DNA of 64,000 nt. Origin: Comamonadaceae bacterium (GTDB lineage Bacteria; Pseudomonadota; Gammaproteobacteria; Burkholderiales; Burkholderiaceae_C). Under the pieces are notes generated by a model. It had not been told where the DNA came from. It ran no database searches and saw nothing but the letters and a program-made list of their open reading frames with translations. Positions 9,307 to 17,480 of this stretch are shown in pieces (within the stretch, counting starts at the first letter, position 1; the number at the start of each line of letters is the position of its first letter). The stretch lies in the NCBI GenBank assembly GCA_947454955.1, contig CANGLW010000007.1:28915-92914 (forward strand), written 5' to 3'. Both the position numbers and the translations under genes were made by a program.

Positions 9307-10194
9307 ATGATGAATACCCCTGATTTTCACCCAGCCAAGGGTGATGGCGCGCCAGCCACCGCGCAAACCCGCCGTTATGCCCGTGTATTGTCCATTGCCG
9401 GTTCTGATTCGGGTGGTGGCGCTGGCATTCAGGCGGACCTGAAAACCTTTGCCGCCCTGGGCTGCTACGGCATGACGGCCATCACCGCCATCACCGCGCA
9501 AAACACCTTGGGCGTGACGGCCATCCACGCTTTGCCACCGGAGTTGCTCAAGGCTCAGATCGACGCGGTGGTGAGCGACATCGGCGTGGATGCGGTCAAG
9601 ATTGGCATGCTGCATGCGCCCGAGATTGTGCGGGTGGTGGCCCAAGCCATCCGCAACCATAGTTTGAAGCAGATCGTGTTTGACCCGGTGATGGTGGCCA
9701 CCAGTGGCGACCGCTTGATTGCCGAAGAAACGGTGCAGGTGCTCAAAGACGAGCTGTTCCCCTATGTGAGCCTGATCACCCCGAACCTGGACGAAGCTGA
9801 GTTGTTGCTGGGCCGCAAGATCAGTGGGGTGGCTGACCTGGACGCTGCCGCTGCAGAGCTCTTGGACCTGGGTGCACCTGCCGTGCTGCTCAAAGGCGGC
9901 CATTTGGCCGAGCGTGGTGGCGGCAACGAGGTGGTGGATGTGCTGTTCACCGCGGATACGCGTTTGCGCTTGGCCAGCGAGCGCATCCAGAGCCACAACG
10001 TGCATGGCACCGGTTGCACCTTGTCCTCGGCGATTGCGGCGCATTTGGCGCTGGGCCATGCCTTGCCGCAAGCGGTGCAACTGGCGCGTGCTTACATTTT
10101 GCAGGCCATCGCCTCAGGTGCCGATGTGAGCACCGGTCAGGGGCACGGGCCTTTGAACCACGGCTTTGCGCCGGTGGCCATGGTCAAGTTTTAA
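9307..10194 (+). CDS. thiD: hydroxymethylpyrimidine/phosphomethylpyrimidine kinase
   Basis: VLSIAGSDSGGGAGIQADLKTF, KIGML and VHGTGCTLSSAIAA motifs. The start is set to the ATG at 9307 (MMNTPDF). Confidence 0.9.
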   Translation: MMNTPDFHPAKGDGAPATAQTRRYARVLSIAGSDSGGGAGIQADLKTFAALGCYGMTAITAITAQNTLGVTAIHALPPELLKAQIDAVVSDIGVDAVKIGMLHAPEIVRVVAQAIRNHSLKQIVFDPVMVATSGDRLIAEETVQVLKDELFPYVSLITPNLDEAELLLGRKISGVADLDAAAAELLDLGAPAVLLKGGHLAERGGGNEVVDVLFTADTRLRLASERIQSHNVHGTGCTLSSAIAAHLALGHALPQAVQLARAYILQAIASGADVSTGQGHGPLNHGFAPVAMVKF

Positions 10195-10204
10195 ATTTAA
10201 AAAT

Positions 10205-11278
10205 TCAGGTCTTGTCTGGGTGCGCCACACCCAGAATTTGGTGAAGCTTGCTGCTGGTGGTGGTGTACTGCAGCAGGGTGGGTGCGTCGGGTCGCAGGTA
10301 AGCCGCAGCGCCAAATGCGGCTAGCGCGCATTCATGAAAGCCCGAGACCAGCAGCTTCTTTTTGCCGGGGTAGGTGTTGATGTCACCCACCGCAAAAATG
10401 CCCGGCACGCTGGTGGTAAAGGTTTCGGTGTTCACCTCCACTTGCTTGCGCGACATGGCCAGGTTCCACTCCGCCACGGGGCCGAGCTTGGGTGAGAGAC
10501 CCAAAAACACCAACAGCATATCCACATCCAGCGTCACAGTTTGACTTTCGGGCGTGAGCACGTCTAACTGCGTTAATCGACCAGATGCCTCATCAACCGA
10601 ATAATGCAGGGCTTGGCCAGCTACCACTTTGATAGCGCCAGTCTGCCGCAAAGCATGGAACTTTTCCAGCACCTCAGGCTCGGCTTTGAACACATCACGG
10701 CGGTGCAGAACAGTCACGCGCTTAGCACTTGATGTGGCAGCGATCGCGGCTTTGAGCGCGTCGTCTTCGCCACCCACCACCAGCACATGGCCTTCAGGCT
10801 TGGGTGATTGATGCAGGTGGTAAAAAAGCTGCGAGCCTTCAAACCGGGCGATGTCCACACCCGCAGCATCGGCCACTTTGAGGTGGCGCGCTTGAAACGC
10901 GCCCACACCTGCGGCCACAAAGATGCTGCGTGTATGCAAGGTTCTGCCTTGGCGGGTGCTGACCTTGAACGAACGACCTGACGAATCGTCCAACACCTCA
11001 ATACCGCTGACCTCATCACCCAGGTGCATGGGCACCTGCATGGGGGTGATTTGCTGCATCAAGGACGCGGTGAGTTCACGCCCCGAAATGCACGGCAAGC
11101 CGGGCAGGTCGTAAATGGGTTTGTCGGGGTAGAGGGTTTCGGGCTGGCCGCCAGGGTAGGGCAGCGCGTCGATGATGTGGGCTTTGATTTCCAGCAGACC
11201 GAGCTGGAACGCCATGTACAGGCCCACCGGACCGGCGCCCACAATCAGGGCGTCGGTGCGCACATCGGGGTGGGCCAT
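10205..11278 (-). CDS. thioredoxin-reductase-like ferredoxin-NADP(+) reductase
   Basis: DALIVGAGPVGLY FAD fold, a second dinucleotide fold VLVVGGEDDA, and C-terminal GDINTYPGK. Adjacent to fdxA. Confidence 0.85.
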   Translation of the reverse strand: MAHPDVRTDALIVGAGPVGLYMAFQLGLLEIKAHIIDALPYPGGQPETLYPDKPIYDLPGLPCISGRELTASLMQQITPMQVPMHLGDEVSGIEVLDDSSGRSFKVSTRQGRTLHTRSIFVAAGVGAFQARHLKVADAAGVDIARFEGSQLFYHLHQSPKPEGHVLVVGGEDDALKAAIAATSSAKRVTVLHRRDVFKAEPEVLEKFHALRQTGAIKVVAGQALHYSVDEASGRLTQLDVLTPESQTVTLDVDMLLVFLGLSPKLGPVAEWNLAMSRKQVEVNTETFTTSVPGIFAVGDINTYPGKKKLLVSGFHECALAAFGAAAYLRPDAPTLLQYTTTSSKLHQILGVAHPDKT

Positions 11279-11284
11279 GTCGGT

Positions 11285-11614
11285 TTAACGCTGGAGTTCG
11301 CCCAGCTTGCCGGTCTTGTCTTTCCAGTTGTCGGCGTCGGGCAGCGGCGCTTTGCGCTTGGTGATGCTCTTCCACTCGGGCAGGCGGGCCAAGTCGGCGT
11401 TGAGTTGGGTCATGTGCTGCTGGTCAGCGGGCACGTCTTCTTCGGCGTAGATGGCATTGACCGGGCACTCGGGAATGCACACCGCGCAGTCGATGCACTC
11501 ATCGGGGTCGATGGTCAAGAAATTCGGGCCTTCGCGGAAGCAATCAACGGGGCAAACGTCGACGCAGTCGGTGTATTTGCACTGGATGCAGGATTCGGTG
11601 ACAACGTGGGTCAT
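11285..11614 (-). CDS. fdxA: 7Fe ferredoxin (FdxA type)
   Basis: [18 protein letters not shown] and [12 protein letters not shown] cluster motifs. 109 aa. Confidence 0.9.
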   Translation of the reverse strand: MTHVVTESCIQCKYTDCVDVCPVDCFREGPNFLTIDPDECIDCAVCIPECPVNAIYAEEDVPADQQHMTQLNADLARLPEWKSITKRKAPLPDADNWKDKTGKLGELQR

Positions 11615-11703
11615 GGTCGTTCAGAATTAGCGAAAGCTTGATTTTAGAGGCGTTTCGCTGGGTTGACAGGGTGGGTGTTAATCAGGGTTGACGTTTAGGG
11701 TTT

Positions 11704-13029
11704 TCAAGCGTTCAGCAGCAAAGCACCCGAAGTCTTGTGGCTGGCGGTGTCCACCAGAATCATCGAGCCCAGCACGCGTGAGCGTTCAAAGGGCAGCAGC
11801 GGAATGGCTTCTTGCAGCGCCAGCTCCACATGGCCAATGGCGTTGGGCGGCAGCTCGGTGGCGTCTTCCTCAGCCAGGGTGTTGATGTTCAGACGGTGGT
11901 GGATGCGCTTGACGCGCGCCTTGACCCAGCGGTGGCCATGCAGCGCCAGGTACACACGCCCGGCCACCAGCGGCTCGTCGTCCATCCAGGCCACGGTGGT
12001 GTGGAGTTCTCGGGTGACCGTGAACGGGCCTTGGGGCGTGTCGTCAAAATCATCGGCAGGCGCTTTTGTGGGGGCGCTGTCGTTCGACAACAACCAGTCG
12101 CCACGCGACACATCGACCTCGCGGTCCAGCACAATGCCCGCGCTGTGCCCGGCTTGCACACTTTGCGGCACGCGCACGGTGTTGAGCACCTGGGCGATGT
12201 TGGCGGTCTGGCCACTGGGCAAAATCTTGATGGTCTGGCCCACGCTGGCCGAGCCGGTGGCCAAGCGGCCCCAGAACACACGACGGCCTTGCGAGGTGTC
12301 GGAGCTGCTGGAATTTTTTTCCACCCACTGCACTGGAAACGCAAACGGCTCTTGCTGATCAGCCGGGGTAACAGGCAGTTGCTCCAGAATTTGTAGCAAG
12401 GTTGGACCGCTGTAGCCGCACCAGTTCGCATCTTGCGCGGCTTCCACCACGTTCCAGCCTTTGAGGGCCGAGACGGGCACGGTGGCGGCTGTATGTACTT
12501 TAGCCTCTGCTGCAAAAGCGTTCAAAGCGCCGCAAATGTTTTTGTAAGCCAGGGCCGGGTCGGCCACGGCGTCGAGTTTGTTGACGGCAAACACGATGGA
12601 AGTGACACGCAACAGGTTCACCAACAAGGTGTGACGGCGGGTTTGCGGCAGCAAGGTAAGAGCTGGGTTGGCCCAATCGAGTTTGGTGGCGTCCACCATC
12701 ACCACCGCGGCGTCTGCACTGGAGGCTGCCGTGACCATGTTGCGGGTGTACTGCTCGTGGCCAGGCGCGTCGCCAATGATGAACTTGCGGTCTTCGGTGC
12801 TGAAGTAACGGTAAGCCACATCGATGGTGATGCCTTGCTCCCGCTCGGCGCTCAAGCCGTCGGTGAGCAAAGCCAAATCGGTTTCGCCCTGGCGCTGCAC
12901 GCCGGCCAAGTGGTCTTGCAGCACAGCCTTGCTGTCAACCAGCAAGCGCCCAATGAGCGTGCTCTTGCCATCGTCCACACTGCCGCAGGTGATGAAGCGC
13001 AGTGCCGAAGTGTTGTTCACGGTGGTCAT
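11704..13029 (-). CDS. cysN: sulfate adenylyltransferase subunit 1 (GTPase), no APS-kinase domain
   Basis: LRFITCGSVDDGKSTLIGRL G1 motif and DAPGHEQY. The start ATG at 13027-13029 lies 1 nt after the cysD stop. At 441 aa there is no fused CysC domain. Confidence 0.9.
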   Translation of the reverse strand: MTTVNNTSALRFITCGSVDDGKSTLIGRLLVDSKAVLQDHLAGVQRQGETDLALLTDGLSAEREQGITIDVAYRYFSTEDRKFIIGDAPGHEQYTRNMVTAASSADAAVVMVDATKLDWANPALTLLPQTRRHTLLVNLLRVTSIVFAVNKLDAVADPALAYKNICGALNAFAAEAKVHTAATVPVSALKGWNVVEAAQDANWCGYSGPTLLQILEQLPVTPADQQEPFAFPVQWVEKNSSSSDTSQGRRVFWGRLATGSASVGQTIKILPSGQTANIAQVLNTVRVPQSVQAGHSAGIVLDREVDVSRGDWLLSNDSAPTKAPADDFDDTPQGPFTVTRELHTTVAWMDDEPLVAGRVYLALHGHRWVKARVKRIHHRLNINTLAEEDATELPPNAIGHVELALQEAIPLLPFERSRVLGSMILVDTASHKTSGALLLNA

Positions 13030-13030
13030 C

Positions 13031-13963
13031 TCAAAAGTACCCATCTTTTTTACGCTTCTCCATCGAAGCCTCGGAAGTTTTGTCGTCCATGCGCGTGGCA
13101 CCGCGTTCGCTCACATCGGCAGCCAAGGTCTCGATCACAATCTCTGCGGCCGTTGCCGCCAGGCTTTCCACCGGGCAGGTGCAGGTGATGTCACCCACTG
13201 TGCGAAAACGCACATCACGTATCTGCACGGTCTCGCCTTCAGCCGGCGGGGTCAGGTGGGTCACCGGCACCAAGAGGCCGCGGCGGTCGACCACCTCGCG
13301 TTGGTGGGTGTAGTAAATCGAGGGCAGGGCGATGTTTTCGCGCTCGATGTATTGCCACACATCGAGTTCTGTCCAGTTGGAAATGGGAAACACACGGAAG
13401 TGTTCGCCCGGTTGCAAACGCGTGTTGAACAGCGTCCACAACTCAGGCCGCTGGGCCTTGGGTTGCCACTGACCAAAGCTGTCGCGGTGGCTGAAGATGC
13501 GCTCTTTGGCACGCGCTTTTTCTTCATCGCGCCGCGCACCGCCAATGAGGGCGTCAAAGCGAAATTCTTCAATAGCCTCGAGCAGCGTGACCGACTGATG
13601 CACATTGCGGCTCTCGCCCGGGTGCGCCAATCGCACCGTGCCACGAGCCATGGAGTCTTCAACGCTGCGCACGATCAATTCAGCGCCCAACTCTTGCGCG
13701 CGGAAGTCTCGAAAATCCGTCACCTCAGGGAAGTTGTGGCCGGTGTCGATCATCAACAGCGGATACGGCAAGCCACCGCCGCTGGCTTTGGTGCCAAACG
13801 CTTTCTCTGCACACTTGAGCATGACCAGCGAATCTTTGCCGCCCGAAAACAAAAGCGCCGGCCGCTCAAACGAGGCCGCCACTTCGCGCAGCACGAAGAT
13901 GGTTTCTTCTTCCAGCGCATCGAGGTGAGCATTGCTCAGGTGATGCAGTTCATGTTGTGTCAT
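13031..13963 (-). CDS. cysD: sulfate adenylyltransferase subunit 2
   Basis: LLFSGGKDS PP-loop and CysD-like ...NWTELDVWQYI... segments. The start is taken at MTQHELHHL (ATG at 13961-13963), with an alternative ATG at 13972. No clear SD is present. Confidence 0.9.
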   Translation of the reverse strand: MTQHELHHLSNAHLDALEEETIFVLREVAASFERPALLFSGGKDSLVMLKCAEKAFGTKASGGGLPYPLLMIDTGHNFPEVTDFRDFRAQELGAELIVRSVEDSMARGTVRLAHPGESRNVHQSVTLLEAIEEFRFDALIGGARRDEEKARAKERIFSHRDSFGQWQPKAQRPELWTLFNTRLQPGEHFRVFPISNWTELDVWQYIERENIALPSIYYTHQREVVDRRGLLVPVTHLTPPAEGETVQIRDVRFRTVGDITCTCPVESLAATAAEIVIETLAADVSERGATRMDDKTSEASMEKRKKDGYF

Positions 13964-14038
13964 AGCGTTCATGAATTGACGTTGGTATTCAATGTTCAAA
14001 ATTTGTAGCAATCAGCAGAGCAATGCTGACAGCGGACC

Positions 14039-14189
14039 CCGATTTCTGCGCGAAGCGCTGTATGAGGGGACCGTTGTTGGCGTTGTTCTGCGTTCTATAC
14101 ATGCTTAGGCTTTGTTTGTGTTCGTGTCTGGTGGCGGCAGCACCAGGCAACTACCGTTCGCCTCATACAGCGCTGCGCGCAGAAATCGG
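14039..14189. repeat. long imperfect inverted repeat in cysH-cysD spacer
   Basis: 29-nt arms at 14039-14067 and 14161-14189 match 28/29 when one is reverse-complemented. Weaker complementarity continues inward to a CTGGTG/CACCAG apex at about 14128-14146. Confidence 0.8.
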
Positions 14190-14270
14190 CGCCCAGTACT
14201 TGCCTGGCGCTACTGGGAGCGCTTATGTTTTTCGTGCCGCTTAATGTCTTCATGTTTTGTTCGGTCGCGT

Positions 14271-14372
14271 CTTGTTCACTCAACTCAGCAGCGTGATGGC
14301 GTCATGCAGCGTGAACAAACAGCGACGTAGCGTGAGCAAACAGCCAAGCACCGTGAACAAAGAGCAACAAGC
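14271..14372. repeat. array of GTGAACAA-type motifs: 3 x 21-bp tandem repeats plus one inverted copy
   Basis: Three 21-bp units at 14310-14330, 14331-14351 and 14352-14372 read CGTGA[A/G]CAAA.... TTGTTCAC at 14272-14279 is the inverted partner. Confidence 0.8.
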
Positions 14373-14391
14373 AAAAGAAGAGGCATCAACA

Positions 14392-15162
14392 TCAGCCTTT
14401 GACGTGCAGCCCACATTCTTTGGCCGCCTCGTTTTCCCACCACCAGCGGCCTGCACGGAAGTCTTCACCCAGGCTGATGGCCCGCGTGCAAGGCGCGCAG
14501 CCGATGCTGGGGAAAAATTCGTCATGCAATTGGTTGTAGGCCACCTTGTTCGTGCCGATGTAATGCCAGACATCTCCCCAGGTCCAATCGGCCAGTGGGT
14601 TGAACTTCACACGCGACTCAGATGTGTCAACAAGTGGAACTTCGGCACGCGCGCCTGATTGCTCACGGCGCAGGCCGGTGATCCACGCGGTTTTGCCATG
14701 CAAGGCGCGACCCAAAGGTTCCATCTTGCGCACTTGGCAGCAGGCTTTGCGCAGCTCGATGCTCTTGTACATCGGCTCTTCGCCTTCGCGCTTCACAAAC
14801 TCAACCACGGCTTCGTTGTTGGGGATATAAACCGTCACCGGGGCTTGTGAGCTGGCCTTGAGCTGCTCCAAAAGTTGTAGCGTTTGAGTATGCAGCTTGC
14901 CGGTTTCCAGCACAAACATGCCGATGTTCAAGCCCAGGCTGTTGATGAGGTGGGCCACCACCATGTCCTCAGCGCCCAAGCTGCAGGCAAAGGTGACCTT
15001 GTCGCCATGCTCGGCAGACGCTTGCCTCAAGGTGGCTTGGGCTTGTGCCAGCTTTTGAGCAAAACCATCAGAGGCTTTGGCGTTAAGGTCAATCGCGCTC
15101 AACTTGACCGCGTTGTTCATGATGGACGTGATGTCCATGCTGATGTTGAGTTCTTCGTTCAT
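14392..15162 (-). CDS. cysH: assimilatory APS/PAPS reductase, Fe-S (APS reductase) type
   Basis: C-terminal ECGLH motif plus the cysteine pairs KACCQVRK and GCAPCT that typify the 4Fe-4S APS-reductase subclass. ATGA overlap with the upstream DUF934 gene. Confidence 0.9.
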   Translation of the reverse strand: MNEELNISMDITSIMNNAVKLSAIDLNAKASDGFAQKLAQAQATLRQASAEHGDKVTFACSLGAEDMVVAHLINSLGLNIGMFVLETGKLHTQTLQLLEQLKASSQAPVTVYIPNNEAVVEFVKREGEEPMYKSIELRKACCQVRKMEPLGRALHGKTAWITGLRREQSGARAEVPLVDTSESRVKFNPLADWTWGDVWHYIGTNKVAYNQLHDEFFPSIGCAPCTRAISLGEDFRAGRWWWENEAAKECGLHVKG

Positions 15163-15524
15163 GCGGCCGCCTTGGCAAAGTGGGGTTGCGGGTCGGCTGC
15201 GCTGCCTTGGTAAAAGCCAGCAAAGCGGTCGAGCTGGCGTTGTGCCACGGCCAAGTCTTGGCCGGCTTTGAGCACCGCTGAATCAAAGCCGGTGCGCGAC
15301 ATTTGCAGCACCTGGTCCACCAGCACATCACCGGTGGCGCGAATCTCGCCGGTGAAGCCCAAGCGGCGCAGCATGAAGGCTTGGCTGTAGGCGCGGCCGT
15401 CGGTGAATTTGGGAAAATGCAGGTCAATGCGGCTGATGCCTTGCAGGCTCACGCTGCGCACGTCCACATCGTTAGCCAGGGCCAACACGCTTTGGCTTTC
15501 GGTGTTTTCAGTCAAGAGTTTCAT
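15159..15524 (-). CDS. DUF934-domain protein
   Basis: 121 aa with FPKFTDGRAYSQA...LR.LGF.GE.RA.GDVL, as I recall for DUF934. It occupies the conserved position between cysI and cysH. Confidence 0.8.
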   Translation of the reverse strand: MKLLTENTESQSVLALANDVDVRSVSLQGISRIDLHFPKFTDGRAYSQAFMLRRLGFTGEIRATGDVLVDQVLQMSRTGFDSAVLKAGQDLAVAQRQLDRFAGFYQGSAADPQPHFAKAAA

Positions 15525-15533
15525 GATGTGTCC

Positions 15534-17348
15534 TCAAGCTTCTTGAGCGTCTTTGGCAAAGCCAGGGGTTTTGGGCAGCACATGCAATTCGTCATGCGCT
15601 TGGGGCCAGCGTGCGGCGTTGGCGGCTACCTTGAACGCATCGAAGCCCACGCGACGCAGGGTGTCGATGAAGGTCTCGCGGCCTTGGCGCTCTTGGCGGA
15701 ACACCTCCAACACCGCTTCAACCACACCAGGCACTTCGCCTGCGCTGAACGACGGGCCCACCACTTTGCCCGCTACTGCCGCGCCACTCAGTTTGGAGCC
15801 ATCAGAGCCACCCAGCGAGACCTGGTACCACTCCTTGCCATCTTTGTCCACGCCCAGAATGCCGATGTGGCCGCTGTGGTGGTGGCCGCAAGAGTTGATG
15901 CAGCCGCTGATGTGCAGGTCAATCTCACCCAGGTCGTGCAGCTCGTCCATGTCCTGGTAGCGCTCGGTGATGGCCGCGGCAATCGGGATGGAACGCGCGT
16001 TGGCCAAAGCGCAAAAATCGCCGCCGGGGCAGGCAATCATGTCGGAGAGCAAACGGATGTTGCTGCGCGCCAAACCCGCGTGGCTGGCAGCCACCCACAG
16101 CGCCGGCAGGTCTTGCTCGCGCACCCAGGGCAGCAACAAGTTTTGGTCGTGCGTCACGCGCACTTCACCGGCTGAGAATTCATCGGCCAGGTCTGCTGCG
16201 GTGTCGAGCTGATCGGCATCGGCGTCACCCGGCGCTTGGCCCAGGCGTTTGAATGACAACGTGACCGCGCGCAATGCCGGGTTCTTGTGCGCAGCCACGT
16301 TTTGCTTGAGCCAACGCTCGTAGTCTTTCTGACGTTCAGTGGGCACTGCTACGGTTTTGGAAGCGCTTGTTGCAGATTGCGTGAGGGCTGGGGCCACAAA
16401 GCAGGCCGACACACGGTCCAGCTCAGACTGCGGGATGGTGTGAGTCGCGCCATTGCTCAGAATGGTTTGGTACTCGGCCTCCACCTCGTCCATGTAACGC
16501 TGGCCTTCGGCCTTCACCAAAATTTTGATGCGCGCTTTGTACAGGTTGTCACGACGGCCCCAGCGGTTGTAAACGCGCACCACCGCCTCGAGGTAATTCA
16601 TGATTTGGTGCCAGGGCAGGAACTCACGAATCACCGTGCCGGTGATGGGTGTGCGGCCCATGCCGCCACCCACCAGCACCTTGAAGCCCAACTCGCCCTG
16701 CGCGTTCTTGATGAGGTGCAGGCCCACGTCATGCCAAGCCACTGCCGCGCGGTCTTCACGCGCGCCGGTGATGGCGATCTTGAACTTGCGTGGCAAAAAC
16801 GCGAACTCGGGGTGCAGCGTGCTCCACTGGCGCAGAATTTCTGCAAAGGGGCGCGGGTCGGCAATTTCATCGGGGGCCACGCCCGCCAATTCGTCGCTGG
16901 TGATGTTGCGGATACAGTTGCCGCTGGTCTGAATGCCGTGCATGTTGACCGTGGCCAAGAGGTCCATCACATCGGCACTTTTGGCCAGCGGAATCCAGTT
17001 GAACTGCACGTTTTGGCGGGTTGTGAAGTGGCCGTAGCCCACCGGCAGGTGTGTGGTGCCCCAAGTGGCTTGGGTGCCGATGGCTTTGTCGAACACCTCT
17101 TTGCTGGGGTGGTCGTACTCGCGGGCGATGCGCGCCAGCACCCGCAGTTGTGCGCTGGACAACTCGCCATAAGGCACCGCCACGCGCAGCATGGGCGCGT
17201 ATCGCTGCACATACCAGCCGTTTTGCAGGCGCAGGGGGCGGAAGTCCTCGTCACTCAAGGTGCCGGCCAGGTTGCGTTCAAGCTGGTCGCGGTGCTGCGC
17301 GGCACGGGCGCGCACAAAGGCTTTGTCAAATTCGGTGTACTGGTACAT
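15534..17348 (-). CDS. cysI: sulfite reductase hemoprotein (nitrite/sulfite reductase family)
   Basis: Two NiR/SiR repeats and siroheme/4Fe-4S cysteines (ACPGGDFC...SGCINSCGHHH). The start is refined to MYQYTEFDK (ATG at 17346-17348). Confidence 0.9.
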   Translation of the reverse strand: MYQYTEFDKAFVRARAAQHRDQLERNLAGTLSDEDFRPLRLQNGWYVQRYAPMLRVAVPYGELSSAQLRVLARIAREYDHPSKEVFDKAIGTQATWGTTHLPVGYGHFTTRQNVQFNWIPLAKSADVMDLLATVNMHGIQTSGNCIRNITSDELAGVAPDEIADPRPFAEILRQWSTLHPEFAFLPRKFKIAITGAREDRAAVAWHDVGLHLIKNAQGELGFKVLVGGGMGRTPITGTVIREFLPWHQIMNYLEAVVRVYNRWGRRDNLYKARIKILVKAEGQRYMDEVEAEYQTILSNGATHTIPQSELDRVSACFVAPALTQSATSASKTVAVPTERQKDYERWLKQNVAAHKNPALRAVTLSFKRLGQAPGDADADQLDTAADLADEFSAGEVRVTHDQNLLLPWVREQDLPALWVAASHAGLARSNIRLLSDMIACPGGDFCALANARSIPIAAAITERYQDMDELHDLGEIDLHISGCINSCGHHHSGHIGILGVDKDGKEWYQVSLGGSDGSKLSGAAVAGKVVGPSFSAGEVPGVVEAVLEVFRQERQGRETFIDTLRRVGFDAFKVAANAARWPQAHDELHVLPKTPGFAKDAQEA

Positions 17349-17480
17349 AGGGTTACGCGGTTTTCTGGGCGTCAATGGCGGGCTCAATTGAGCTTGATGC
17401 AGGAAACGTTGTTGCAAACGTCCCTTTTTCTGCCATGGGCCATGACTCTAAGCTCTGAGACATATATTCCAAACTACAAA

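Noticed and set aside
8185-10080. 631-aa ORF on the minus strand covering thiO and running on through the thiD region
   Set aside because: Only the C-terminal 358 aa (from MSLKPSVAVLGAGIMG) look like a real protein, the FAD glycine oxidase. The upstream 270 aa are R/H/G/Q-rich antisense of thiD with no motifs, which makes it an over-extended ORF typical of high-GC DNA.
14095-14283. 62-aa ORF (minus strand), and other small ORFs, inside the cysH-cysD spacer
   Set aside because: They have no RBS, and their composition is driven by the inverted-repeat arms (the same sequence is read in both directions). No motif is present. They are treated as a by-product of the repeat structure.
14310-14372. 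Whether the 21-bp tandem units could be a CRISPR-like or minisatellite array
   Set aside because: There are only three contiguous, imperfect units without spacers, and no cas genes. This is not a CRISPR. It is kept as a regulatory-repeat candidate instead.
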